Shown: one piece after another, positions 12,196-24,016 of the stretch
How positions within the stretch are numbered: the first letter of the stretch is position 1
Layout of the letters: each line of letters begins with the position of its first letter
Assembly (NCBI RefSeq): GCF_001194135.2
Contig: NC_069002.1
Location: 34,695,484-34,731,904 of the forward strand
Direction: 5' to 3'
Length of the DNA: 36,421 nt
From: Octopus bimaculoides
Lineage: Eukaryota
Position numbers and translations under genes: made by a program
Notes under the pieces: model-generated
The model's database searches: none
Told to the model about the DNA's origin: nothing
Seen by the model: the letters and a program-made list of their open reading frames with translations, nothing else

Positions 12196-12376
12196 TAATA
12201 ATAATAATAATGAGGAGGAGGAGAAGAAGAAGAAGAAGAAGAAGAAGAAGAAGAAGAAGAAGAAGAAGAAGAAGAAGAACCACAACAACAGCAATAACCA
12301 CGATTACAACAATAAAAGTAAAGTATTACAAGTTGAAAATGATAGCAATCTACCAATGACAACAACGCTACTTCTG

Positions 12377-12458
<82 letters not shown>
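12143..12458. repeat. Compound (AAT)n-(GAG)n-(AAG)n-degenerate-(AAT)n microsatellite
   Basis: Direct reading. Confidence 0.95.
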
Positions 12459-12459
<1 letters not shown>

Positions 12460-13059
12460 TTGTGAATAGACGCATAGCGTGCTTTGTAATTAAAAGTAAA
12501 CAACTAGAGAGTGACTTATTTTCAGAACCTTGCTTTTTCATTTATTTCAACATTTGTAGTGTTCTTCTTGACTTTATTTTCCATTCATTTACGCTCTTTT
12601 GGTGGCATTTTTTTTCTCGTTATTTCAATGAAATGGTGAGAAATATCAAAATATTTTTTAGAAAGAAAAATAAAAACGAATAACAAAGAAAAATAAACGA
12701 CCAAGCATATTTATTTAATGTTGTCATTTGGTGATGTCAAGCAGAAGTTAGGAGACTTCATTTTAATATTTGAAATATTCTTGTTTCTAATTTGGTGTTC
12801 TAAAATTCGAAAAAAAAAGAAAAAAAAGAAACGCAAATAAAAAATGGTAATAGTTGTTGTTTGTTTATAAGAAATACGCTCGGGATAGAAAACTTTCGAA
12901 TTTGGGACAATACATTGAATTCAAGGTGTTTCAGAATAAAAATAATTCCAGTTTCTACTTAACAGGCTGTTTTTCAGTTGAATACAAAATTAACCAGTTC
13001 TATAGCTACTAATTACATTTCAATAGCAATCATCTCAACTCTCATAGAAAGATGCACCA

Positions 13060-13140
13060 GCGTTCCGAATATGGCACAAATTCACCGGAAACGCACTTCC
13101 TTCTGTCTGTAAGTGTGACGACCGGAAGTTAATTACGCGT
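13060..13140. promoter_or_regulatory. Candidate TATA-less promoter with clustered ETS motifs
   Basis: ACCGGAAA (13084), ACTTCC (13095), ACCGGAAGT (13121), TGACG half-site (13116) and YY1-like AATATGGC (13068), with local CpG enrichment in an AT-rich background. Confidence 0.4.
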
Positions 13141-13493
13141 GAAAATTTGAAAGAAGAAAATATCTGTCCTGTTAGAGTGTTCATTGTTCATTAGACTGGG
13201 CATTGTGATGTATGTTTTTGCTAATTCATAATCTACTTAACAAGAGGAATGTATGAGTTCGTGTTTCTTCATATACAACAACACAAGTGGAACAATGACG
13301 GTAGAAAAGGTTTTTATGTTTGTATCATTGTGATTGCATAGCCCTAGGTCAGACCAGTATCCCTTGAGCTGACCTGCGGGCAAGGAAATTCGGTCTCACT
13401 ACATTGTCTACAGCAGAAATCATCAAATAATGCTTCATTTCGTGGACAGTATTTTAGAGATATTTGATAGCCATCTCTAGCAAATGATGCCAA

Positions 13494-13587
13494 CACTATG
13501 CAAATATGTCGAAAAGTACTATGCAAATATGTCGAAAAGCACTATGCAAATATGTCGAAAAGCACTATGCAAATATGTCGAAAAGCA
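13494..13587 (+). repeat. 4 x 23-bp tandem repeat (C/T)ACTATGCAAATATGTCGAAAAG; each unit contains the octamer ATGCAAAT
   Basis: Units start at 13494, 13517, 13540 and 13563, with one substitution in total. Confidence 0.97.
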
Positions 13588-14044
13588 AAATCATTAGAAT
13601 CCATATTTAGTCATAATTAGGTTAATTTACATATTTTTCTCGCTCTTCTGAGTGGAATGCATAGTCGAAAACGCACCGGAATCCTCACGTCGTTCATTGT
13701 CGCTTAGAAATATTATACTTATGTGAAAAACACATGAAGCATTTCTAAAGTCTTCTTCATTGACGGTTTCCGAAGGCAACTTAGACGACTCTGGCACAAA
13801 GACTTCTTCAGACGTAGCTATAAAACCGCAGGTGTAAACACATAGTTCACTTGCTTGTCGATGCGATTTTTTTCCCGTCAGCTGTGATATATAATACGTG
13901 TCTATCAAAAATGTTGACATACAATAGGAAGCTTAACATTTTGTACCTATTCTTTTAAGCTATGTGATAGGGAAACTTATATAAACCATCAGGTTTAAAC
14001 TCTTGTTAAATATACAATACGATATACTTACATATAGGAATGTA

Positions 14045-14079
<35 letters not shown>

Positions 14080-14937
14080 NNNNNNNNNNNNNNNNNNNNN
14101 NNNNNNNNNNNNNNNNNNNNNNNNNNNNNNNNNNNNNNNNNNNNNNNNNNNNNNNNNNNNNNNNNNNNNNNNNNNNNNNNNNNNNNNNNNNNNNNNNNNN
14201 NNNNNNNNNNNNNNNNNNNNNNNNNNNNNNNNNNNNNNNNNNNNNNNNNNNNNNNNNNNNNNNNNNNNNNNNNNNNNNNNNNNNNNNNNNNNNNNNNNNN
14301 NNNNNNNNNNNNNNNNNNNNNNNNNNNNNNNNNNNNNNNNNNNNNNNNNNNNNNNNNNNNNNNNNNNNNNNNNNNNNNNNNNNNNNNNNNNNNNNNNNNN
14401 NNNNNNNNNNNNNNNNNNNNNNNNNNNNNNNNNNNNNNNNNNNNNNNNNNNNNNNNNNNNNNNNNNNNNNNNNNNNNNNNNNNNNNNNNNNNNNNNNNNN
14501 NNNNNNNNNNNNNNNNNNNNNNNNNNNNNNNNNNNNNNNNNNNNNNNNNNNNNNNNNNNNNNNNNNNNNNNNNNNNNNNNNNNNNNNNNNNNNNNNNNNN
14601 NNNNNNNNNNNNNNNNNNNNNNNNNNNNNNNNNNNNNNNNNNNNNNNNNNNNNNNNNNNNNNNNNNNNNNNNNNNNNNNNNNNNNNNNNNNNNNNNNNNN
14701 NNNNNNNNNNNNNNNNNNNNNNNNNNNNNNNNNNNNNNNNNNNNNNNNNNNNNNNNNNNNNNNNNNNNNNNNNNNNNNNNNNNNNNNNNNNNNNNNNNNN
14801 NNNNNNNNNNNNNNNNNNNNNNNNNNNNNNNNNNNNNNNNNNNNNNNNNNNNNNNNNNNNNNNNNNNNNNNNNNNNNNNNNNNNNNNNNNNNNNNNNNNN
14901 NNNNNNNNNNNNNNNNNNNNNNNNNNNNNNNNNNNNN

Positions 14938-14974
<37 letters not shown>

Positions 14975-15559
14975 TACATACTTATACACATATATGCATG
15001 TATGTATGTATGTATGTATGCATATATATATGCATATACTCATATATTGTTTATATATACATATATATATATTTACATGTATAAAAAATCTCCACAGAAT
15101 CTCAATACATTTCAAAATGTAACTTCTAGGAAATGTGTTTACAAATATACATACAAACATGCACACGCATATGTACATAATTCTATGTAAATAACGTTAT
15201 ATCTCTGTATTTGCGTTAGGTATGTCTTTATTATATGGATACACTCGACAGCCATATAGTCAACATGGTGCAATTCATAATCTGAAAGAATCTATATATC
15301 GTAATAGAGAATATAAGTGGACAGGACGATCATAGAGAGAAGAAGAAACATTGGACGTAATATGAGAGAGAGGGAGAGAATGGAACGAATATTTAATATA
15401 AAAATATCTAATGAAAAATCAACAGTGGAAGAGTGAGAATCATAAAAGAAATGTTTTTCAAATCTCTTATTTATAATATAATAATATTTATCTATCAGCA
15501 CATTCTCCATCTGGTATAATCGCTAATCTAAACAGATTATTATTATAAATACACGGACA

Positions 15560-15600
<41 letters not shown>

Positions 15601-16682
15601 NNNNNNNNNNNNNNNNNNNNNNNNNNNNNNNNNNNNNNNNNNNNNNNNNNNNNNNNNNNNNNNNNNNNNNNNNNNNNNNNNNNNNNNNNNNNNNNNNNNN
15701 NNNNNNNNNNNNNNNNNNNNNNNNNNNNNNNNNNNNNNNNNNNNNNNNNNNNNNNNNNNNNNNNNNNNNNNNNNNNNNNNNNNNNNNNNNNNNNNNNNNN
15801 NNNNNNNNNNNNNNNNNNNNNNNNNNNNNNNNNNNNNNNNNNNNNNNNNNNNNNNNNNNNNNNNNNNNNNNNNNNNNNNNNNNNNNNNNNNNNNNNNNNN
15901 NNNNNNNNNNNNNNNNNNNNNNNNNNNNNNNNNNNNNNNNNNNNNNNNNNNNNNNNNNNNNNNNNNNNNNNNNNNNNNNNNNNNNNNNNNNNNNNNNNNN
16001 NNNNNNNNNNNNNNNNNNNNNNNNNNNNNNNNNNNNNNNNNNNNNNNNNNNNNNNNNNNNNNNNNNNNNNNNNNNNNNNNNNNNNNNNNNNNNNNNNNNN
16101 NNNNNNNNNNNNNNNNNNNNNNNNNNNNNNNNNNNNNNNNNNNNNNNNNNNNNNNNNNNNNNNNNNNNNNNNNNNNNNNNNNNNNNNNNNNNNNNNNNNN
16201 NNNNNNNNNNNNNNNNNNNNNNNNNNNNNNNNNNNNNNNNNNNNNNNNNNNNNNNNNNNNNNNNNNNNNNNNNNNNNNNNNNNNNNNNNNNNNNNNNNNN
16301 NNNNNNNNNNNNNNNNNNNNNNNNNNNNNNNNNNNNNNNNNNNNNNNNNNNNNNNNNNNNNNNNNNNNNNNNNNNNNNNNNNNNNNNNNNNNNNNNNNNN
16401 NNNNNNNNNNNNNNNNNNNNNNNNNNNNNNNNNNNNNNNNNNNNNNNNNNNNNNNNNNNNNNNNNNNNNNNNNNNNNNNNNNNNNNNNNNNNNNNNNNNN
16501 NNNNNNNNNNNNNNNNNNNNNNNNNNNNNNNNNNNNNNNNNNNNNNNNNNGTAAAATAAAGGGTAGCGAATCTTTAGAAATTTCACTACCGGTGGCCTTG
16601 CATGTATAAAAAGTCAATAGACAACATATTCTCCGTATAAAATCAGTGTATATTCAAACACAAAAGAGTCTACACTTAACAA

Positions 16683-16776
16683 GCAGCCTTACACGCTAGT
16701 AGGAGCAGTCAAAACGACTTTGCTCTTAAATGCGATTTTGGTCGTTTTGACTGCTCCTTCTAGCGTGTAACGCTGC
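16683..16776. repeat. Long inverted repeat (36-bp arms, 22-nt spacer); possible minimal MITE or hairpin
   Basis: 16689-16718 versus the reverse complement of 16741-16770 is 29/30 identical; the arms extend by GCAGC/GCTGC after one mismatch. Confidence 0.92.
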
Positions 16777-18572
16777 CTGACAAAGGTCGCCTCTTTTGTG
16801 TTTAAATGCACACTAATTATATATATATAATTATATATATGCCTGTTATATTTTCGGACCGCATAAAAATAATCACATTTGAGCACTGTGGTTGATGTAA
16901 TTGACTTATCTCCACCACCACTACCGCCACAGAAATTGCTGACCACGTGCCAAATTTGAAATCATTGTTAAGCAGAAGTGTAGAATTTTGTGATTCAAAG
17001 GAATTGGATCCTGTTTCATTTTGAATTTATGGTTTTGAAATTCTTGATGTTCAAAATGAGAATTCAAGTTCTTAATCATCCGCTACAAATATGTGAAATC
17101 ATACTTCCTTATTGTATCATGTTCCTGCCTCGAATCGTTCTAATGTAACCCTGAATGCAATATAAATGTGTACTGTGGTTTTGCTGTCAACAGTCACCTG
17201 CGAATGTGTAGGGCTTTTGTAACATGTACCATGATTTTTTCAATTGTTTTAAAAGCGGTATAGTTGTTCTTAGCTCGTAAGCTCACTCTTGACTCTACTA
17301 TTCATACGTTCAGTGGTATGTTCAGTTTAGGACAAATGGATCATTGCAGGAAGTGAACGCGAGTGAATGAGTGAGTGAGTGAGAGAGAGAAAGAGCTGCA
17401 ACGGCACATGGTTGGTACATTTGTTGCAGTTGAATATATTGGTGCAACTTGAATGAAGAGCCCAAAGGAGTCGAAAGTGAACCTGCAGTATTATGAATGC
17501 AAGTCGAACATCCGAAGCGGTACGGCACTCCCCTGTACACCGTTTTCGGAGTTATATATCATACATTCGTATATATCATTCATTCCGTATGATACCTTTG
17601 CCTGCAGCTATTCAACTACATTCACAAATATTTTATGAACGAGTAGCATAATATAGATTAATAAATGCAGTGAACCAGTGATTAGCCTTTTGGAAGCCCA
17701 TTGTTCGCATATGTATGCAGTAAAAACAAAACCGAAGTGGCTAAATTTTACCAATAGCGTATGAGTATGAATGCGTATGTTCATACGTGTATAGCCGAAA
17801 GTATATTTACAGCCGTATGATCACCTTCAGTTATATCTCACAATATTTTACTGATCATATCCGTCTCATTGCTGCAACTTTTCCAAAACGAAGAGAACTA
17901 CGCTTATCTACTGTTAAACTAACTGACATATCAAACGGCTCTCAATCCACTCTACTCAACACACGTAAACCTTGCAGAGGCATTACCATAACTCTCCCTT
18001 CTTTTAAACTTCTATATAATTTGGTAATATACTGCCCAACAATGAAATCAATAATATATATATATATATATATATCGATACCAATAATACGTTAACACCA
18101 TTCGTTTCTTTCATATTATATATTATCAGATTATTGAACGTGAAGCCTTTTAAATCGTATAACTACACAAAGTCTATAAAAATGTGTCTATACACGTGTG
18201 CAAGTGTAAGCGGGTGTATACATAACTATGCAATGTGATCTTTGACGGTTTAATAAGATATGGATACGCTTTTGTATATTTTCTACTTCTATATTACATA
18301 TACATACAAAGGAAGTTTATTGAATGGATCAAAAGCTGTTTGAAATGAGGCTTAATCGCTTATCTCATTTAATAATCAAAGGAAACCTTGAAAGACAAAC
18401 CCTATCATAAACCCGTAATAATGAGTTCTTGTCTATAACATCCTTTTAAAGATCCAAGGATTACAGCCAGGAAATTCGCTAAAAAGCTGGGCTTTATTAT
18501 TCTTTCTTTTACTGTTTATTGTAACCAAATTTCTTTTCCTTCTTTACTATGTGTGCATAAGTGCGTTAGCTT

Positions 18573-18603
<31 letters not shown>

Positions 18604-18604
18604 G

Positions 18605-18647
<43 letters not shown>

Positions 18648-19119
18648 NNNNNNNNNNNNNNNNNNNNNNNNNNNNNNNNNNNNNNNNNNNNNNNNNNNNN
18701 NNNNNNNNNNNNNNNNNNNNNNNNNNNNNNNNNNNNNNNNNNNNNNNNNNNNNNNNNNNNNNNNNNNNNNNNNNNNNNNNNNNNNNNNNNNNNNNNNNNN
18801 NNNNNNNNNNNNNNNNNNNNNNNNNNNNNNNNNNNNNNNNNNNNNNNNNNNNNNNNNNNNNNNNNNNNNNNNNNNNNNNNNNNNNNNNNNNNNNNNNNNN
18901 NNNNNNNNNNNNNNNNNNNNNNNNNNNNNNNNNNNNNNNNNNNNNNNNNNNNNNNNNNNNNNNNNNNNNNNNNNNNNNNNNNNNNNNNNNNNNNNNNNNN
19001 NNNNNNNNNNNNNNNNNNNNNNNNNNNNNNNNNNNNNNNNNNNNNNNNNNNNNNNNNNNNNNNNNNNNNNNNNNNNNNNNNNNNNNNNNNNNNNNNNNNN
19101 NNNNNNNNNNNNNNNNNNN

Positions 19120-19152
<33 letters not shown>

Positions 19153-19704
19153 GTGTATGAGGCTAGATGCGTATTTTATTTTCGTATATACGTACTTATT
19201 GCATTTACGTTTATATTGTTGCATATATGTGTGCTAGTATACCTGTATATGTGTACGTGTGTATATTATATGTATGAATTTACATGTGTTTGCGTATATT
19301 CTCTTTATTTTTGTATTCATGTGATTTATTAGTTATTTGAGGTGTTTTTTTCCAATCACTTTGCGGAGTGTCTGTTGCCTATACATCGTTCAGTTTAGTG
19401 CAGTGTATTAGCAATGTCCCAAATTGTTAATGAAATGACAATGAATGGAAACATCTCGTTAACATTCTGCATCAGCAATAGCAACAAACGCACGTTAACA
19501 TCAATTGATCCAACCGTAGATCTAATACTACACTTGCCACAGCCGGAAAAATGCCGTCCCCAATAGCAACACCGCCAACAGCTTCTTGAAGCTATAATGT
19601 ACGCCAACCACACTGATAGCAACACCATCAACATCAAGTTAAGTAGCCGAAGCATCAGCATCCGCATTAGCAACAATAATATCAAGAGTAGTTACATCTT
19701 TTTT

Positions 19705-20012
19705 TTTTATCTATTCCTTGTTCTTGTCATTTTATTGTGCAATGTTGGAACACCACCTTAAAGAATTTTAGTCGAAAGAACCAAAAGAATCGCCCACGTT
19801 ATTTAATCTTTTAAAGCCTGGCGCATGTATATGCGTCTCTTTGCCGACCCACACTAACTAACGTGGATATAGACACAGAAACTCGTTGTGAAGCGGCGGT
19901 GATCAACAAAGAGAGGCATAAGACAGACAGGCACACACACATTTAAGACTGTATTCTTTCTGTCAGCGTCTACCAAATCCATTCACAATAATATGGTTGA
20001 CCCGAGTCTAAT
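19705..20012 (-). mobile_element. Decayed SINE of the family with an internal TG tract
   Basis: The reverse complement contains GGATTTGGTAGACG, GTCGGCAAAGAGAC, TCGACTAAA, AAGGTGGTGTTCCAACATTG and ATGACAAGAACAAG, matching 29640-29873. Confidence 0.75.
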
Positions 20013-20117
20013 AATAAAAGCATAATTAGTCACAACATACAATAGGAACATGAATAGCTAGAGATACAAATTTTTGCATGCTTAAGTTCTATATGTTCAT
20101 CAGCTTTGAAGAGAGTG

Positions 20118-20225
20118 GATTAATCGATATTATTTACGGTGGTACTTGTCCAGTACTTTATTTCAACATCGTTGGGCGGGGGGTCAAATGCATGTGAAAT
20201 CGGTGGGATTTGAACTAAGAAGGGA
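20118..20225 (-). mobile_element. Very decayed SINE head fragment
   Basis: TAATCGAT...GTACTTTATTT...CGGTGGGATTTGAACTAAGAA resembles CGGCGGAATTTGAACTCAGAA at about 7326-7346. Confidence 0.45.
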
Positions 20226-20805
20226 GAGTGCCGGTAAAACAACAACAAAAAGAAACCAACAGCAAAACGAAAGGCAACTTCTATGCCTCCGCCAGCAAAC
20301 AGAATATAATACAAACATATAGACTACAACATCAACAACAATACCACAAAACACGATAGCTACAGCAGTGGCGGTAGCAGTAACAACAGCGGCGAGAATA
20401 CAACCAAAGCGAAAATAGTAACACTGGCTACACCACAGGATTAATAAGAAAAAAACAACAATAAAACAAGACAAAAGACGAAAAATAGTGGGGTGAACAG
20501 TAATGACAACGATGATAAGAAATGCAGTAAAAGGGATGCACGTTGGAAACTTAGAGATAAATAGTAACAACAAAACAGAAACGGGAACAATATTACTTTA
20601 TTCACAGCATAAATAATACAGGAGAAACAACAAAAAACAACAATTTGTGAACAAAGGCTACAAGAAAAAATAATATTAACAACAACAAATGAAACTACAT
20701 CAATAATACGGATCCACACGGAGACAAAAATGAAAATATAAGAATTTTTTTTCCCATTACGAGAATATTGAGGTTATAAAATATTATGTTGGGCACGTAT
20801 ACGAT

Positions 20806-21302
20806 CTTCTTTTTCTGCTTCTTCTTTTTTTCTTCTTCTTCTTCATCCTCCTCTTCTTCTTCTTCTTCTTCTTCTTCTTCTTCTTCTTCTTCTTCTTCTT
20901 CTTCTGCTTCTTCTTTTTTCTTCTTCTTCTTCTTCTTCTTCTTCTTCTTCTTCTTCTGCTTCTTCTTTCTTNNNNNNNNNNNNNNNNNNNNNNNNNNNNN
21001 NNNNNNNNNNNNNNNNNNNNNNNNNNNNNNNNNNNNNNNNNNNNNNNNNNNNNNNNNNNNNNNNNNNNNNNNNNNNNNNNNNNNNNNNNNNNNNNNNNNN
21101 NNNNNNNNNNNNNNNNNNNNNNNNNNNNNNNNTTCTTCTTCTTCTTCTTCTTCTTCTTCTTCTTCTTCTTCTTCTTCTTCTTCTTCTGCTTCCATTTTTC
21201 TTCTTCTTCTTCTTCTTCTTCTTCTTCTTCTTCTTCTTCTTCGTTTGCTTCTTCTTTTTTTCTTCTTCTTCTTCATCCTCCTCTTCTTCTTCTTCTTCAT
21301 CC

Positions 21303-21333
<31 letters not shown>

Positions 21334-21352
21334 CTTCTTCTTCTTCTTCTTC
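20806..21352. repeat. (TTC)n microsatellite with gap (20972-21132)
   Basis: Direct reading. Confidence 0.95.
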
Positions 21353-21464
21353 GCTTTTCTTCCTTTTCTCTCCCTGCTCCTAAATTCTTACCCACCACTT
21401 ATTTATCCTTACTTTTATGTTCTTCTAGTCATTTTGTATCCCCGTTTTTTTTTCTTAGGCATAA

Positions 21465-21590
21465 TGACCACTACCACCATCACCACCATCGTCATCATCA
21501 TCATCATAATCCTCACCAGCATCATCATCATCATCATCACCATCAGCATCATCAGCATCACCATCATCATCAAAATCATCGTCTCGTCAT
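21465..21590. repeat. Degenerate (CAT/CAC/CAG)n
   Basis: Direct reading. Confidence 0.85.
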
Positions 21591-22145
21591 GATCAAGTCT
21601 TCTGCTAGTTCTTTATTTTCTCTCCCTTTTTTTCCTCCCTTCTCACTCGTTCTTCTCTTTTTCCGTCTCCTATTTCATCTTCATCCCGACCATCTACTCC
21701 GACACATCTTCTTGTCCTTTGTGTTAACACTCCATCATCTTATACAAACTATTCACTTTGGGCTCATAATCGACTTACCTCTGTTTCCCTCAACACATCG
21801 TTTGTTCAACAAGCTCGTAAACTCACGTACACATTCTTTTATTTTATCTTCCAAATAATAAACAATCCATAACACATTTTTTTTTTCTTTTGCAATATGC
21901 TCTCTTTCAAGCAACTATTTTCCATTTCATATATATTTATTATCATTTTCTGAAATCTCACTCCGCGTCTATGTCTTTCAAACATCTCTCTCCAGCTTTT
22001 CCTCTGTATACATATATATATGAAATGAAATATATATATATATACACAGACACATATGCACGCGCGCACATACACGTATGCATACATGTATATGTTTATA
22101 TATAAGTATATACATACACACACACACACACACACNNNNNNNNNN

Positions 22146-22188
<43 letters not shown>

Positions 22189-22190
<2 letters not shown>

Positions 22191-22536
22191 GTTGGCACTT
22201 CCGATCAACAGGACAGCCTCCCGGTGAAATTAACGTGCAAGTGGTTGAGCACTCCACAGACATGTGTAACCCTTAACGTAGTTCTCGAGGATATTCAGTG
22301 TGACACAGTGTGACAAGGCTGAACTATGATTTACAGGCACAACAGAAACAGGAAGTAAGAGTGAGAGAAAGTTGTGGTGAAAGATTACAGCAAGGTTCAC
22401 CACCATCCCTTGCCGGAGCCTCGTGGAGCTTTTAGGTGTTTCCGCTCAATAAACACTCACAGCGCCCGGTCTGGGGATCGAAACCGCGATCCTATGACCG
22501 CGAGTCCGCTGCCCTAAACACTGGGCCATTGCACCT

Positions 22537-22538
<2 letters not shown>
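22189..22538 (-). mobile_element. Near full-length tRNA-derived SINE
   Basis: The reverse complement begins GGAGGTGCAATGGCCCAGTGTTTAGGG (A-box) and contains GGTTTCGATCCCC (B-box). Its tail (22202-22320) is homologous to 29221-29338. Confidence 0.88.
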
Positions 22539-22591
<53 letters not shown>

Positions 22592-22619
22592 AGTGCGTGT
22601 GTGTGTGTGTGTGTGTGTG
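22539..22619. repeat. Fold-back (CA)n(TA)n(TG)n microsatellite
   Basis: Direct reading; the CA and TG arms are complementary. Confidence 0.9.
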
Positions 22620-22620
22620 A

Positions 22621-22739
22621 AAGCGTTGCTGTGAGGTAACAAGCTGGCTTCACAAACGCATGGTTCCGAGGTTCGTCCCACTGCGTCGCAACTTGGGTAG
22701 TTGTCTTCTAGTATAGCCTTGGGCCGACCATAACCTTGT
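22621..22739 (+). mobile_element. 5' half of a tRNA-derived CORE-like SINE
   Basis: TTGCTGTGAGGTAA (A-box-like), GAGGTTCGTCCCAC (B-box-like), ACTTGGGTAGTTGTCTTCTAGTATAGCCTTGGGCCGACCA. The last segment matches the reverse complement of about 19995-20012. Confidence 0.75.
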
Positions 22740-22989
22740 CTCCGTGACTTGGTGGTTCACCACGTGCAAAGGCACATAGCAACTGCTACATACAACACAC
22801 ACACAGACACACACACGTTACACACGCACAAACTCTCATACGTGAGAGTCATTCGTCACTATTCACACACACACGTACACACTCACACACACCATTCTCA
22901 CCTACACACACTTGGACGCGCAGTTTCCTTGTTGGGATCGCTATAACTTTATTATTTTCCTTTCAGTCAATCTCTTTATTATTATCTCC

Positions 22990-23215
22990 CTTTCTTTCAC
23001 CTTCCTTTTTTTCCAATGATCCGCCATGCTGGACCGCTGAAATGTACAATATTTTTTTTTTCGCTCTCTCTCTTTACTTTCGCTTGTTCCTTTCTGCTGA
23101 AGAGCGGACACTAGAAACGTAAAATACTTTTTTCATTTTTCCTGCAATCAAACCAATACACTTCCTTGTTGTTCATACTCCTGTCTTCGTCTTTCGTTTT
23201 TCTATAAATTTCATA
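22990..23215 (+). mobile_element. Probable Penelope-like repeat fragment with a decayed hammerhead-like motif
   Basis: TTT-CTGCTGA-A-GAGC...CTA-GAAAC-GTA-AAA at 23091-23124. The family assignment is an inference and the boundaries are approximate. Confidence 0.45.
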
Positions 23216-23972
23216 TANNNNNNNNNNNNNNNNNNNNNNNNNNNNNNNNNNNNNNNNNNNNNNNNNNNNNNNNNNNNNNNNNNNNNNNNNNNNNNNNNNN
23301 NNNNNNNNNNNNNNNNNNNNNNNNNNNNNNNNNNNNNNNNNNNNNNNNNNNNNNNNNNNNNNNNNNNNNNNNNNNNNNNNNNNNNNNNNNNNNNNNNNNN
23401 NNNNNNNNNNNNNNNNNNNNNNNNNNNNNNNNNNNNNNNNNNNNNNNNNNNNNNNNNNNNNNNNNNNNNNNNNNNNNNNNNNNNNNNNNNNNNNNNNNNN
23501 NNNNNNNNNNNNNNNNNNNNNNNNNNNNNNNNNNNNNNNNNNNNNNNNNNNNNNNNNNNNNNNNNNNNNNNNNNNNNNNNNNNNNNNNNNNNNNNNNNNN
23601 NNNNNNNNNNNNNNNNNNNNNNNNNNNNNNNNNNNNNNNNNNNNNNNNNNNNNNNNNNNNNNNNNNNNNNNNNNNNNNNNNNNNNNNNNNNNNNNNNNNN
23701 NNNNNNNNNNNNNNNNNNNNNNNNNNNNNNNNNNNNNNNNNNNNNNNNNNNNNNNNNNNNNNNNNNNNNNNNNNNNNNNNNNNNNNNNNNNNNNNNNNNN
23801 NNNNNNNNNNNNNNNNNNNNNNNNNNNNNNNNNNNNNNNNNNNNNNNNNNNNNNNNNNNNNNNNNNNNNNNNNNNNNNNNNNNNNNNNNNNNNNNNNNNN
23901 NNNNNNNNNNNNNNNNNNNNNNNNNNNNNNNNNNNNNNNNNNNNNNNNNNNNNNNNNNNNNNNNNNNNNNNN

Positions 23973-24016
<44 letters not shown>

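Noticed and set aside
13494-13587. CRISPR interpretation of the 23-bp repeats
   Set aside because: The units are contiguous with no spacers, there are no cas genes, and the context is eukaryotic
13627-13920. Minus-strand 97-aa ORF with protein-like composition (EEVFVPESSKLPSE...)
   Set aside because: No recognisable domain and only mediocre splice sites; cannot be supported without expression data
13960-16617. Long ORFs of 300-395 aa (also those at 18.5-19.3, 23.2-24.1, 26.0-26.9 and 30.8-31.3 kb)
   Set aside because: They consist almost entirely of N-gap codons and (TA)n/(CA)n translations, so they are artefacts
17340-17640. GC-richer stretch that looks like a repeat-family fragment
   Set aside because: I could not identify termini, TSDs or coding motifs
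20695-21592. Poly-K/R/E and poly-S/F/L ORFs
   Set aside because: Translations of the (TTC)n microsatellite and a gap
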